Below, piece by piece: positions 50,330 through 63,726 of a stretch of 64,000 nucleotides of DNA. This DNA is from Chiloscyllium plagiosum. Taxonomy: Eukaryota. The stretch lies in assembly GCF_004010195.1 (NCBI RefSeq), contig NC_057718.1, positions 70,515,025 through 70,579,024 of the forward strand, read 5' to 3'. A program made the translations under genes and the position numbers. How positions within the stretch are numbered: the stretch's first letter is position 1; each line of letters starts with the position of its first letter. A model generated the notes under the pieces. It ran no database searches, was not told the origin of the DNA, and saw only the letters and a program-made list of their open reading frames with translations.

Positions 50330-52960
50330 CTGTGGATCCTTCCACAGCTGATGAGCTCCATTCTAGAGCAACATCTTCAACCACACATGTAGGCAGGTGT
50401 TTTTGGGAGGCAAATGTGGCCCTTGGCCTTGAGATTATTGGCATTCCTTTCTCTGGTCCCTTTTCCATGCTTCCTCTTTCTAATGGGTGTTGTGAAAGAA
50501 TTGTGCCCTTTCGTACAGGGGTTTCCTCCGAGCATGTTCCATGCATTGATATTTAAGTTGCATTTCTTGAGAAGCCTTCAGGGAGTTTTGAAGTGCTTCC
50601 TTTGTCCTCTTGTTTGAGTACCTGGAGTTGGATGAAGATGATTTGTTTTGGCAATTGAAACTCTAGCAACCTAAATGTATGGCTGGCCTAGCAGAATTTG
50701 CTTCAGATGATTCACTTCAATGCTGATAGCTGCTTCAAGAATGTTGACGTTAGTATGTTTTGTTCGCCCAACGAATGTAGAGAATCTGTCTCAACAGTAT
50801 TCGTGGTACTTCCCAAGGGCCTTAAGGTGTTGTCCATATGTTTTCTAAGTTTCAGAGCCATATAGAAGAGTCAGGATAATGACTGCCTTATACACAAGGA
50901 TCTTGGTATCAGTACCAAGGTCATGTTTGGCAAAGACTTTCATCCTTTGGGCATCCAAAGAAAGTGCTCATAAATGGATGCCTCATTAAATCTCTGCATT
51001 GATGTCAGCCTTAGCTTCCCAAGTAAGGGGCATGTTCCATGTTTTGGGAGGATTTTCCATTGATCTTTAATGGATAGATGAGGCAAAATTTGACTGGGGT
51101 GAGGTTGGTAAAGGAGTTGTCTTAAGATTGAGGCTGAGACTGACCAGTATGCTTCCATGTAATCATTAAGTGAGGCTTGAAGATTTGAGAACAGAGTTGA
51201 CATTTCCTGGCTACTGAAGTTGAGTGACGTTGGTGTCATTTTCTTCTTGGATTTTAACTAGTTAAGGTTGAAAGTTTTTCATTAATCCTGGAGAGTGACT
51301 ACACCACTAGAAGTTTCATCTTGACAAGATGACGAATGGTGGCAATGAAGATGGAGAAAAGGGTGGGGTGATGACTCCTTTCTGCTTGACCTCCTGACTC
51401 AACATCAGAATTGTGATATTGCTGTCTGTGAGGACCATTGCTGTCATCTGGCTGTGGATGAGACGGGATCTGATTGAATTTGACTGGGGACAGCCAGCAT
51501 TTGACAGTGCTGTCATTAGCCCTTTTTTTTTTTGATTTAGCTCTGTCAAATTGGAGGCCATGTAGCATGGATGGTGTTGATCCTGGTATTCCTTTGGAGT
51601 AGCTAAGCAGTGAAAATCATATCTGTGGTTTGATTGGAAGCCACATTGACTTTCAAGCAGAATTTCCTCAGACTAGGAGACTAGCAAGGATTTGGGCAAT
51701 GGAAAGTAGAGAGATCCCTTGACAGTTCCCACAATCCACTTTGCCTCCTTTCTTGGCAATGGCAGCATCCCTGAGATCAGCTTGGCTTTCTTCTTTGTCC
51801 CAGATTTTCAGGTACAGTTGATGGAGGTGTTCAGTAAGTCCTGATGTCCCAAGTTTAAAAATATCCCATTTATTCCTATGGCTTTTCCAATCTTCTTGTG
51901 TATTTAATGGCAGTTTCAACTTCCACCATGCTAGAGGGGAGTCCAAGACCACCATTGGAGAGTTGAGGGATTTCCCCAGACATGTTCTTGTCAACGATTG
52001 TATTGTAGTTTAGAAATTATATTAAGTGTTCCTTCTGTTTTGGAGGCTGATGCTTTTCCCCCACAAAAAGCTTCCATCCTTACTGCATATCAGTTTGAGG
52101 CCAAGGATGTTGAGTCTGTATATTTCCTTAGCACTGAAGAAATTCCAGGTGTTCTTGTCAGCAAAGAGTTACAACTCCTTTTAGCCTTCTCGGTATTGTA
52201 TTTTATTCTGGATTTCTCTCGTTCTCCTTCATAATTCCACCTTTTGTTTCAGGAGTTCTCCTCTGCCTCACTGGCAATGTTTTTTCCAGGATGGAAAGCT
52301 TTCCTCTTGTCAGTGAGGTCTTTGAGATCATTCTTTTCAAACCAGTCTTAGAGCGTCCTTGTCTTAGCTGATGGTTTCTTCACAGTATGATATGATGGCT
52401 ATCTTCAGCTCTTTCCAGGTTTCCTATGCTCTGTTACGATGGAGATTTTGGTGAAGACATTGGATGTTCGCTCTTGAAGCCACTCAACCTTGAGATTTTT
52501 CTCAACTGTTTCTTTAGCTGCTTTTAGTGGTATTTGATGGGCACTAAAAGGTTGATGAACCAGTGGTCTGGCCAGTGGTCATCTGCACTGTTGTTGCTTT
52601 GGTTAAGTCAATTTTGTGCCAGTAGTTTTGATTGTGGAGGACTCCAAGAAATCTTGAACTTGTCTTTTTGGCAGGACAGTGTTGGTGATGACTGGCTGAT
52701 GTTCCACACATGTGGTAAGCAGGAGAGTCCTGTTGCAGTTGCAATTCCTCACTGCTTTGTTCTCTAGTCCTTTCCAGAATTGTCCTTTCCAACCCTGGTG
52801 CTCAAGTATTCAATGGTGATTTTTATCATCTTTAGGAAGCTTCCTTTTGGGCTCATGGCATCAAAGCGTGGAGTGGAGGCAGCCATTTCCATGGCAATTT
52901 CTCAATGGAGAATCCTGACATAATAGTTGCTGCTGAGAGTCAGTTGACCAGTTTGTTCTT
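50330..52960 (-). mobile_element. RTE-clade LINE, long decayed APE-RT ORF
   Basis: Minus peptides IWDKEESQADLRDAAI..KKG.KVDCGNCQGISLLSIA, VKQKGVITP/PTLFSIF, TKILVYKAVIILTLLYGSET. Confidence 0.85.
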
Positions 52961-52989
52961 GATGATTAATCCAATTCTATTCATCCTGG

Positions 52990-53630
52990 GTTGCTCCTCC
53001 AGTAGATCCCTAAAGGTGTCAGCACAGGTTGGTAGGGTGATAAAAGCATGCAGATGTTTTCCTTCACTAGCTGGAGCATAAAATATAGCAGCAGGTCCTG
53101 TTGCACCTTGATAGAACATTGGTTCAATCTCAGATGGAATGCTGTGTGCGCCATCATATTGAAAGGATGTGATTGTACTGGGGAGGGTGCAGGGGAGGTT
53201 CGCCAGGATGCTGGCTGAGTTGAAAAGATCGTGTTATGAGGAGAGGTTAGGTTTGTTTTCCTGGAGCAGAGGAGGCGGAGGTAATATCTAGTCAAAATCC
53301 TCAAAATTGAGGCATGTATAGGTTGGGTCATGAGACAGGTCTGCCATGGGGAGAGGATTCCAAAACTATAGGGCAAACTTTGGAAGGTGAGGATTAAGTA
53401 ATTTTAGTGGAGGTCTGAGGAAACCTTTTTTCATTTCATCTACAAGACGGTAGAAATATAGAATGTGCTGCCTGAGGGGGTAGTGGAGGCAGGTACTGAA
53501 TGTTTTAAGAAGCATCTGGATGAACACTTAAGATAAAGTGTGAGTGAAGGTGATTAGTATAGTTTGATGTCTATTTGGTGTATACATAGGAGGCTAAAGG
53601 ACCTTTTTTTTTCTAAGCTGTATGACTGAG
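52990..53630 (+). mobile_element. CR1 3' fragment
   Basis: aggttcgccaggatgctg...ctggagcagaggagg...aatgtgctgcctgagggggtagtggaggcagg. Confidence 0.7.
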
Positions 53631-54054
53631 TATGAAATAGAATATGATTGTATATTTTGTTTTTGTAATTATAATTGAAGTGGCTCTCTCTTATTAAGAG
53701 AAGACCTGAGTACATCGCAAACAGTTTAAAGAAGGTATACCTGACTGATTCATGGGATGAAGGGACACTTACAAACATGATCCTGCTTGAAGTTGACAAG
53801 AATGGTGAAAGAATGCTATTGCTGGAGGGGAAACTAGAACTAAGCAAAGCAGTTTCAAAAGGGATCTGGAAGCTTAAAATAGAGGTGAAATAGATAAGCG
53901 ATGAATGTCACAAAGGGAACCGTTTTTAACTGCCTCTAGTCTACATCTTAATTAACCTATTGGCATCTTCCTATTTGTCTTGGTAGTTCCTTTTGTTTTC
54001 AATAGCTTTTATTTTGCTCTCAGCATTGCTGACTGTCAAACCTAGTCTTAGACT

Positions 54055-54196
54055 TTGTGGAGTACTCCACAATCACCTGATGAAGGAGCAGCGCTCCAAA
54101 AGCTAGCGCTTCCAATTAAACCTGTTGGACTATAACCTGGTGTTGTGATTTTTAACTTTGTACACCCTAGTCCAACACCGGCGTCTCCAAATCATT
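54055..54196 (+). mobile_element. PLE family-2 terminal repeat with hammerhead-like motif (54077-54105)
   Basis: cac-CTGATGA-A-GGAGC-agc-GCTCC-AAAAGCTA-gcg; the G of GAAA is replaced by A; same tail as 3790-3907. Confidence 0.7.
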
Positions 54197-54671
54197 TTCT
54201 ATAAAATAATTCCATTTTTTTGGTGCACCATATTCATAAGGAAGTCCAGGGGATATATATTCCCTAACTATCCATTATGTATCGTGAACAAATTTGAATG
54301 CTTTTCTTTTGCCATCCTGTTGACATCAAAATTTTTTCCCTAATTTTTTTTCAGACACTGCATGTCATTTGTGTATGTAAAGTACTTCATGGATAACTTG
54401 GTGATTAGTATCAACTCACAGCTCTGAAGTTGTGCTGCCTGTAAGGGTGATGAGTCGACTCTCCTGCTGCAGAACCAGCAAGAGTGATTTCTATTCAAGG
54501 AGAAGTTTTTATCCTGCAGCTGCTATTGTACCTGAGTTAAATGTAGGTCAGAGAGCAGGTAATGAATGCGCAAGTCTTTTGGCAAGTTAGCATCAGTCCA
54601 GAGTTTATGTACACATAGCATGGAAAGATAAAGTGGCCAGAATTTATTTAAAATTTATTCAAATTTATTTC

Positions 54672-55165
54672 TAAATTGCCCATAGTGTTAGGTGCATTAG
54701 TCAGAGGGAATTGGGTCTGGATGGGTTAGTGTTCGGAGGGTTGGTGTGGACTTGTTGGGCTAAAGGGCCTGTTTCCATACTGTAGGGAATCTAATATTAT
54801 CTAATCTAAATAGTCAAGTCCTGAGACTTGAGAGTTTTGGAAAGAAATGAGCTAAGGCACAGTGGTTAGCACTGCTGCCTCACAGCGCCAGAGACCCGGG
54901 TACAATTCCCGCCTCAGGCGACTGACTGACTGTGTGGAGTTTGCACATTCTCCCCGTGTCTGCGTGGGTTTCCTCCGGGTGCTCCGGTTTCCTCCCACAA
55001 TCCAAAAATGTGCAGGTTAGGTGAATTGGCCATGCTAAATTGCCCGTAGTGTTATGTGAAGGGGTATATGTAGGAGAATGGGTATGGTGGGTTACGCTTC
55101 GGTGGGTCGGTGTGGACTTGTTGGGCCAAAGGGCCTGTTTCCACACTAAGTAATCTAATCTAATC
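54672..55165 (+). mobile_element. Two tandem HE1-like SINEs (partial 54672-54808; near complete and young 54857-55165)
   Basis: ggcacagtggttagcactgctgcctcacagcgccagagacccggg...; taatctaatctaatc tails. Confidence 0.85.
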
Positions 55166-55984
55166 AATATTACATGAAGATAGGCTTGACAGAGGAGAGA
55201 GGTTGGTTGATCAGAAAGTTACCTTAGGATCAATAAGACAATAACTTGGGAACTGTCTATTTCAGCTAGTCAAGGAAACAAATGGAATGTGAGCCAATCA
55301 AATGACTGCGAGATGATCGTGGAGAGAGACAGCTGGCTGCAGTTAATTTACAATGTATAGGTTGACCCCATGCTGGCACAAGAGGCAACAAGAGATCCTC
55401 TGGATAATTCTCAATTAACTGATGGCATCGAGAGATGCCATTGTTGAGGATATTCTGACCATAACTGGATAGTTAAATCTAGGTCTAACTGAATGTCGTT
55501 TCATCAAGATGGATAATGAAGATAATGCTGTGAATAGTTGTGTTGAAAGCTACAAACTGGTTGACGAGGATAATGCTGTATTGTAACAATTGTAGAATGT
55601 GCCCTCAGTGACTTGGCTGAATCTGAAATTTTACATTTTATTTCTTATTCAAAGAACACAAGCTTAATGTGGAAATAAATTTTTGCTCAGGTAAAAGTTT
55701 CTGAAGCTGAGCTCAGCTTCAATCAGTAAACTGCTTCCTTAAGTTCTTCAGAGCTGCGTTATTGAACCTGGGAATGGTTGCAAATATTGAATTCCGCTAA
55801 TTCTCTCCACTGCTATGTTTCTACCCACACATCAGTGACCTCTGTAATTTAGAACAACTTGTGTCAATACTGCCCAAACATTTAATCATATCTGTGTTAC
55901 CCGAGACCAGAACAAGTGGATCCCCGTGACCCAAACTGCATGTTGCCTTTCCTGTGCTATCTTGTTCTTTGATCTTTCGAGAGT

Positions 55985-56840
55985 AATCGAGTCATAGAGA
56001 TGTACAGCATGGAATCAGACCCTTCGGTCCAACCCGTCCATGCCGACCAGATATCCCAACCCAAATGTGTGCCACCTGCCAGCATCTGGCCCATATCCCT
56101 CCAAACCCTTCCTATTCATATACCCATCCAAATGCCTCTTAAATGTTGCAATTGTATCAGCCTCCTCCACTTCCTCTGGCAGCTCATTCCAAACACATAC
56201 TATTCTCTGTGTGAAAACGTTGCCCCTTAGGTCTCTCTGACTTTGTCTATTTATCCTATCCATGCCCCTCACAATTTTGTAAACCTCTATAAGGTCACCC
56301 CTCAGCCTCCGACGCTCCAGGGAAAACAGCCCGAGCCTGTTCAGCCTCTCCCTGTAGTTCAGATCCTCCAACCCTGGCAACATCCTTGTAAATCTTTTCT
56401 GAACCCTTTCAAGTTTCACAACATCTTTCCGATAGGAAGGAGACCAGAATTGCACGCAATATTCCAACAGTGGCCTGACCAATGTCCTGTACAGCCGCAA
56501 CATGACCTCCCAACTCCTGTACTCTATACGTTGTCCAATAAAGGAAAGCATACACTGCCTTCACTATCCTATCTACCTGTGACTCCACTTTCAAGGAGCT
56601 ATGAACCTGCACTCCAAGGTCTCTTTGTTTAGCAACACTCCCTAGGACCTTACCATTAAGTGTATAAGTCCTGCTAAGATGTGCTTTCCCAAAATGCAAT
56701 GCCTCACACTTATCTGAATTAAACTCCATCTGCCACTTCTCAGCCCATTGGCCCATCTGGTAACTCTCTTCGCTGTCCACTACCCCTCCAAGTTTGGTGT
56801 CATCTGCAAACTTACTAACTGTACCTCTTATGCTCACATC
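55985..56840 (-). mobile_element. Young CR1 LINE 3' fragment
   Basis: SKFADDTKLGG, WAEKWQMEFNSDKCE, YRTLVRPLLEYCVQFWSP, LERVQKRFTRMLPGL, VWNELP. Confidence 0.92.
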
Positions 56841-57759
56841 ATTGGCTGAGTTCATCCTTCTAGTCCTCCTTAAATGTGGATGTATCTCCAGCTATTGTCC
56901 AACTCCATTGTACTTGCATAACTGAGGACTGAATGGGCCCAAACCAGTGCTCTCTCCTTTACGGTAACAATTGGAATGCAAGCATTAGACTCTAGATTCA
57001 CTTCATGAAATTTTCTACTTTACAGAACTTCTATTCTCTGATTATTCTTAAAAAAAAAAAAATCATTCCCTCAAAAAAACCTATTGTACATGTAGGATAG
57101 AAAGCATTGATTTTTGAAAACATCCTGAACTAGTTTTAGATTTTTCATGACCTCAGCTGGCACATGACTGCAACATAGACTCTTACTATGGCTTGGTGTG
57201 TCAATATTTCCAGTTCCTAGATCTTACAATAAGGCAGTTTGGCATGGTTGATGGCTGCCATGGTAGCATCTACATTTATGACTTTGAAACCTAGCTTGGC
57301 TGACCTGGCCTGAGTCTTGTGATATCCAGTCGGTCTCCCTGCCAGCTCAGGAAAATATCTCCCTTGAAAGTTGCAACTGTCCTTTCTGCCATTTCCATGA
57401 CTGTGGTCTCAACATTGCACCTTCTTCCATGTCAAGTTCCTTTGGTCAAAATCTTGGTTGTTCTTTAAGTCTCCTATAGACTTTTCTTGTAAAAGTCATT
57501 TATCTTAATTTAAATCATGCCCACCATGCCAAGTTTTTTAATTAAGAGTATAATCTGCAAATATTTCTTGGCAACAGCTTCCTTTAATGGACTATAAGAA
57601 CCCTCAGTGAAATTTCACTGTTAGTCATGATGAGTCTAGGATGTTATTAATTTCAACATATTTCATAGTACTGCAATTTCTTAGACAACTTGGCTACAGA
57701 AAAATCAAATCCCATCTTGGTGAGGAAAATGTTTGCTTCATCTTCTCTTTGTTCATGTA

Positions 57760-57957
57760 ACCCTGCATATCCCTGGATACTAAGGGAATTTAGTATAGCC
57801 AATCCATCTGATAGACACATCTCTGAATTGAGAGAGAAAACCATGTAGAAATAGGAGAACATGCAAACTCCACACATGCTATCACTCGAGGTTTGAATCA
57901 AACCTGGGTTTCTGATGCTGTGAGGCAGAGCTAGCCACAGTACCATCGTGCTGCCCA
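57760..57957 (-). mobile_element. Decayed HE1-like SINE
   Basis: gagaacatgcaaactccacac...aatcaaacctggg...gctgtgaggcag. Confidence 0.7.
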
Positions 57958-58557
57958 AATATTTCTTCTTAGCCATTTTTACCATTGTGTGATGTGTTGA
58001 ACCACTAAAACTGAATATGAAGTTCACACAGAACAATCTTTAAGTTACTTAAAATTCCTTCAAATAAATTTTAGAAGCTTCAATAATGTTAATGTTTCTT
58101 CCCTCTTATTCTTTTCCCCAAAAGCTTGTATTGTTAACCATCATATTAGTGGTACTTTTAACAAATGCTTTCTTAAAATTCATAAACCAAATCCATTACA
58201 TTCCTGTCTGGTCTTGTATTCTTTGCACCTTGGAGTGGGGTTTCTGTGGGACAGGGCGTGCTGTTGATCTACACTGGATGTATTTAGTTCAATTTTAACT
58301 TGGCCCAACATTCTCCTCCATTCCAAACCATAAAAGTTAAGCATCTGGCTATGTGACATCAAACAATGTTAAGATTGCTGTATCTTATTGTACATTATAC
58401 CATTGACTGCAGATGACATCTTATTTATCAAAGAGTGTCATCATGATGCCAATAGTAATAGCATCCAAGATAACCAGATGTATTTAAACGCTTTTTTTAT
58501 ATATGCAGTGCTGCTAATAAACTGCATTATGTATCTTACAAGAAACTAACTGTACTT

Positions 58558-58897
58558 GGGGCGGCACGGTAGCTCAGTGGTTAGCACTGCTGCCTCACAG
58601 CTCCAAGGACCTGGGTTCGATCCCAACCTTGGGTGACTGTCTGTGTGGGGTTTGTCTATTCTTCTCGTGTGTGTGTGTGTGTGTGTGTGGATTTCCTCTG
58701 GGTGCTTTGGTTTCCTCCCAGAAGTATTGGCCTTGCTAAATTGCCCATAGCTTTCAAGAAGCTGTAGGTTAGGTGCATTAGTCAGGGGTAAATATGGAGT
58801 AATCAGGTAGGGGAATGGGTTTGGGTGGGATAACTCATCAGAGGGTGGTTGCGGGCTTCTTGGGCCTCAGGGCCTGTTTCCACACTGTAGGGATTCT
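58558..58897 (+). mobile_element. HE1-like V-SINE with internal (GT)n expansion
   Basis: ggggcggcacggtagctcagtggttagcactgctgcc head; (GT)n at 58667-58689. Confidence 0.85.
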
Positions 58898-59504
58898 AAG
58901 AAAACATCTATAGAATCAGCATGATTAAATATAGACCACTAAATTAAAGAGATACGAATTCTCATTGTAACCATGTACACTGACCTTATTTCAATCTAAT
59001 ATTTTATTTCTGTGCCAAGCGTTTAGTTTTTAAAAAAAAACCTGGCCTTGTCTCCTTTTTAATTGTGTACCCTGTGGTGAATGGGGAGGCCAACAAAGCT
59101 GGCAAACTTTTTAATGAGAGAGGCTGTATACGAAGGACAAAAACAGCTGTAGTAAATAATTGTTTTTCAGACCAGAGGATTGCCTTTTGCAGACAAATCA
59201 ACATTTTAATTTTGAATCCGTTGAGACTGCTTGTTTGTTTTTCCATTGAACCATAGCTAACAAAGGGCTGGGATATAAAATATTTCCAAGCAGCAATGCA
59301 CAGCCTTTCCATCTTCGGTGGTCTTGATGAAGACATTCCTCTGCCAAACCAATTTATTTATTCCCTTACTGCCTACATAAAACTGAGTGCAATATTGATA
59401 TTTATTAAAGGAGTCTTCAAAAGCACTGTTGCTTTAGGCTGTCTATCAGCCCAATAACACATTTTGCTTCAAAATTGGTTGATTCCATTTAATTAGGTTC
59501 CAAT

Positions 59505-59709
59505 GGAAATAACTCCACAGAGCCCAGTACCCTTCACCAAGTAACACTTTATGTACACATGCATGGTACTTGACACTGGCCTGGCTTCCTTGGAGCCAGC
59601 TCCGAGAGGACAAAACCTCTAATAGTCCTCTAACAGAACCAGGTTAACTACCCTAATCAGGAAACTCATTTTGAGGTTCACCTGGCTGACCCTTGTTACA
59701 ATCATTACT
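59505..59709 (-). mobile_element. Putative short solo LTR (Gypsy family of 16602-16750)
   Basis: Reverse complement begins gtaatgattgtaacaagggtcagcc and ends gtggagttatttcc; start resembles tgtaatgattggaaccagggcc at 16602. Confidence 0.5.
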
Positions 59710-59875
59710 CTTCTACTCCAAGTTTCAGTTGTGAACTTTTGTTCTGATGCTGTTTTCCTATCCCATGGAAAGCTCAAAGCTGAATGTAATATATAGTTCG
59801 AAAAGACTCCTGTGAACAACTCAAATAATCCTGCAGGCTTAAAATTGATGTTTTATACTTTTTTTTTCTCTACAG

Positions 59876-59971
59876 GTAGTTAAAACAGTTGGCCTACGAG
59901 AGATCTGGTATTTTGGACTCCAGTATATAGACAACAAAGGATATCCCAACTGGTTAAAGCTTGAGAAAAAG
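59876..59971 (+). CDS. ezr: ERM-family (ezrin-like) next coding exon, 96 nt, phase 0/0: [32 protein letters not shown]
   Basis: T-tract + TACAG acceptor (59871-59875), GTAAAT donor at 59972; splices in frame to 39907. WYFG, DNKG and P-x-WLKL resemble ezrin ([22 protein letters not shown]) more than radixin or moesin (WFFG...STWLKLNKK). Confidence 0.93.
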
Positions 59972-60337
59972 GTAAATGCACTTTTAAGTCTTGATTATGA
60001 TCAGAGTAGTTCTTTTTCATTTCAAGCAGGTGATCTTGGGGTTCCCCCCCCATCTAATTTTAATTTCATTTTTCTTTTCTCAATGGCAGGGATAAAAGTA
60101 ACTTATTCAAAACTACCCTCCTTGTTTTTGCCATCAAAGTAGAATGTGATTTAATGCTCTTCTACAGGATGTTACAGTTTAGTACTTTCATACAAAGTAT
60201 GATGTTGGCTTTTGCATGCCAAGGAATGGTTGTCATTGTGGATGTGGATTTTTCAGGTCCAGAGTACCAGGTGTAATGTAAACTTTGTGTTTGCAATATT
60301 GGTGGTAAACTGAATTGTGCAAATTGAAAGAAGCTGG

Positions 60338-60448
60338 AGACGGTCAGGACTACAAATGCTGGAAACCAAAGTATGTCAGTGTGAAGCTGGAAAAGCACAG
60401 CAGGTTAGACAGCATCTAAGACTACTGTGTTTTTCCAGATTCACAGCT
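60338..60448. mobile_element. PLE tail fold-back insertion, perfect 15-bp TSD
   Basis: attgaaagaagctgg at 60323-60337 and 60449-60463; gtgaagctggaaaagcacagcag and ctactgtgtttttccagattcac form an inverted pair. Confidence 0.8.
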
Positions 60449-61779
60449 ATTGAAAGAAGCTGGCCACTTGCTTTCTATATTTAAAGCATAGAAATCAAGA
60501 GGAAAAACTTGTTCATTACTCAAGTTTTCAGTTTATAAATATTTTTCAAAGTTCTCAACCTCCTTGCTTTTGGGTTAATTCGACTAAAATATAGTTGCTG
60601 ATTGAGGGATATAACCATGAAAGTCTTGCATTGACGCACGTGATCAATCACCCAGTTCTATGCACATTAGCTTGTTGCTAAAACAATCCAATAATATTCA
60701 GTCTGTTACCCCTGGTTGTACCATAACTTTCCTGTGGTGAGTATTCCATATGCTAACAAAGCTTTGCTATTTTTCGTCGGTGCAGAAAAGAAGCTAATTA
60801 TTTAGCCTGTTGTTCCTGTGCCAGCAATCTGAAAGATTTGTCCACTGAGTACCATTTCTACAATATCCTCAAACTTTGTAAATTTTCCTTCAACTTTTTA
60901 TCAAGTTCTTGATTCTGCTCCCACTGCCTCTTTTAGATCCTAGATCATGGTTGGAAAAAACTGTATGTCACGAAGTCCTCTGAATTGTCACACGGCTGTC
61001 ATGCTGATTTGTGTAGAGTGTTGTGACCAAATAGATGCTTGGCGTTTTAATGTTTACGACAACAGCATATTGCATTAATTGCATTCTTTAATTTTAAAAT
61101 GTTTAAAAGGAGTTAAAATTGTGTTGATCATTTTCTTTAAAGATCAAAATTCAACTTTGTGAACCACTTCTGACAATATAATTTAAACCAATATTCAATT
61201 TAAAGCTGCCTAATTGAAAATCCATCTTGTGTATTGATCTTGAACAGCTGCATCAAGTCTCTCCAACTGGGCTTTGCCATCCCTAGTACTGTCCTAGTCC
61301 ATCTCTTCTGTCCCCTTTCTCAGGCAATGAAATCATTCTTAAAATGTGCCTAGAATTGAATGCAGCACAGTAACTTAAATCTAAAATATATTTTTGGAAA
61401 GGTTTAGCATAACTTTGTACTGTGCTTCTATAAAGCCAAGAGCTTATGTTTCACACTAACTTCAAATATTTGTGTGCACATTTCTCCTCCTCACAGACAG
61501 CTACCATACTCCCTTAGTAAAACTGTATTAGTACTTGTTACAGAAATGCACCACATGGTGCTTTCCAGAGCCCTTGTTTGTCCTGTCCAATTGCATCCTA
61601 CGTCATTTATCTGGATTGCATTCTGTTTGACTTTTGGTAAAAGGGAGTAAGTTTTTAAAGGTGATATAAAACAAATCTTTGCAAGAAGACTGAGCTTCTG
61701 GTTGCCTACCATTTCAATGCAGCACCATGTTTCCTGACCAATATTCCTGTCTTGGGCTTGATAAGTGCTTCAGCAAAGC

Positions 61780-62365
61780 TCTGTGCAAGCTGAAAGAACA
61801 GCATCTTATTTTTCAGCTTTGACAAAGGGTCAGTTAGACTTGAAATGTCAGCTCTTTTCTCTCCTTGCAGATGCTGCCAGACCTGCTGAGATTTTCCAGC
61901 ATTTTCTCTTTGGTTTCAGATTCCAACATCTGCAGTAATTTGCTTTTATCTTATTTTTCTACTTGGGAACTCCGCAACCTTCTTGACTCAAATATAGGGC
62001 CCTACAACTTGGTGCCTGTGCACTTTCTCCCACATCCTCGGTAGAACCAGGCACTGCCATCATGTGGACTGCGAGCATAAACAATCCATTGTCAGCCACT
62101 AATGGTCACCATTAGCAGCAATCCATTATCCCAGGCTGACCTTTTATCCATTCCTTAGCTCAACTGGTTTTCTCTCTGAGCTTCATCTCTACTTATCACT
62201 GAATCCCCTAATTGCCACAAGCACGTGCGCACCTTCTCTAGCATGTATGCCAACTTTTCCCAGCCACAATCAGCTCTGAAGAGGGGTCACAGGATCAATG
62301 TAAATCCTGCTTTCTCTTCACTGATGCTGCCAGATCAAGTTTTTTTCCAGCAATTTGATTTTGTT
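61780..62365 (+). mobile_element. Old PLE 3' end with a nested PLE tail (61815-61947, 12-bp TSD)
   Basis: KEQHLIF.LGTPQP remnant split by the insert; atcttatttttc at 61803-61814 and 61948-61959; decayed ctgaagaggggtc core at ~62276. Confidence 0.65.
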
Positions 62366-62396
62366 TACAATTTGTAAACTGCATAACATATTTTTT

Positions 62397-62650
62397 CAAA
62401 CCAGTCTTGCTATTGCTTATGCAACCTTTAAAGATTTATGATAGGAGCAACAATACAGATCAGAAGAGAGAGACACTTCAAAATGCTGCCATTCGGCCCA
62501 AGAAGTCCACACCTGACCCTTCGAAGAGTAACCCACCCAGACTCATTTCCCTCCAAACCAGTCTTGCTATTGCTTATGCAACCTTTAAAGATTTATGATA
62601 GGAGCAACAATACAGATCAGAAGAGAGAGACACTTCAAAATGCTGCCATT
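62397..62650. repeat. Perfect 97-bp direct repeat flanking a 60-bp SINE fragment
   Basis: 62397-62493 is identical to 62554-62650; spacer 62494-62553 matches the HE1-like SINE 3' region on the minus strand. Confidence 0.9.
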
Positions 62651-63094
62651 TTATAGGGTGCCATCTTTCCACATTAGTCCCTTCAAAGTTCATTACATGT
62701 AACTTCTATTTGGTTAACCTCCATCTGCTGTTACGTTCACAATCTTTTGTCATCATGTAATCTGGTAATTATCTTCACTCAGTTTACTGCTTTGTCAACT
62801 TTCATACAGTTTTAAAGCTTTGTTTTTCGTTTGTTCATGTGTTTGCTACTCTTATGGCAAAGTTAAGAAAAAGGGAGATTTAATGAGCCCAGTATTGACC
62901 ATTGGTAGATCGAGCATTTGGTGTCCATGCAAATGCAAACTATTTTCCAATCGGGGAAGGGGGGGAAATCACTGCCACCATTTTTTTTTTGATTGCTGTC
63001 ATTCAAGTCAATTTATTCATTCATGCCATTACTTCTATTTCAATTGTTTCCTTCTGTTTGGTACTTCCTTAAATACCTTCCGAAGCTGCATAAT

Positions 63095-63308
63095 TTTTCC
63101 GCGGTTTCAGTTACCTGTGGTTTCCCGTGGCCCGAACATATCTGGAACCTTCTGGAATCAGGAGGCTGCCGGAAAGGTATGTTTCCCATTTTAAATAAAT
63201 GGGCTTGCCCCTGTCTGCGGTTTTGGACTTCCATAGTAGATCGTGCAACGTATCACCGGGGGGGGGGGGGGGGGGAGGTGGTGGTGGAGGTGGAGAGAAA
63301 CTAATGTA
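63095..63308. mobile_element. Second Tigger/MER44-like MITE copy with poly-G run
   Basis: ttttccgcggtttcagttacctgtgg...caggaggctgccggaa shared with 24089-24300. Confidence 0.65.
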
Positions 63309-63446
63309 CTATTACATCAATGTTTATGTTGATTTTAACTTTTTATTTCCTTTTGTAATTCCATTTGTTTGTTTGAACTACAAACTTTGAAATTCTCCTA
63401 GAAAGCCAAGTCCTCATCCTCTAATGTTGTTTGAAAATATTATGAT

Positions 63447-63715
63447 AGCTCAGTGGTTAGCATTGTTGCCTCACAGTAACAGGTACCTGGGATTGATTCC
63501 ACCCTTGAATCACTGTGCCTTTGTAGAGTTTGAACATTTTTTTTTCCCCCGTGCTTTTCCTCCAAAGATCATAGATGCGTAGGTTAGGTTGATTGGCTGT
63601 GCTAACTCGCCTCTTGGTATCCAAGGAAGTCCTAGGCTAGGTGGATTAGCCATGGTAAGTGTGAGGTTACGGGATATGGTAGAGTGGGTGGGATGCTGTT
63701 CAATAGAGTTTGTAT
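63447..63715 (+). mobile_element. Decayed HE1-like SINE
   Basis: agctcagtggttagcattgttgcctcacag head. Confidence 0.7.
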
Positions 63716-63726
63716 CAGTCTTGAAA

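Noticed and set aside
54857..54920. tRNA gene-like sequence (also at 46289, 58558, 63447)
   Set aside because: tRNA-derived SINE heads that continue into the V-domain; no complete cloverleaf.
56015..56855. 178-aa and 148-aa ORFs as genes
   Set aside because: CR1 ORF2 C-terminal fragments with a frameshift and internal deletion.
59871..59882. AG|GT recursive splice site at the exon start
   Set aside because: The GT is simply the Val codon that begins this ERM exon; GTAGTT is a weak donor.
62397..62650. CRISPR-like repeat-spacer-repeat
   Set aside because: Only two 97-bp units, eukaryotic context, SINE-derived spacer, no cas genes.
63257..63295. G-quadruplex or poly-Gly ORF
   Set aside because: Homopolymer expansion within a MITE end; no evidence of function.
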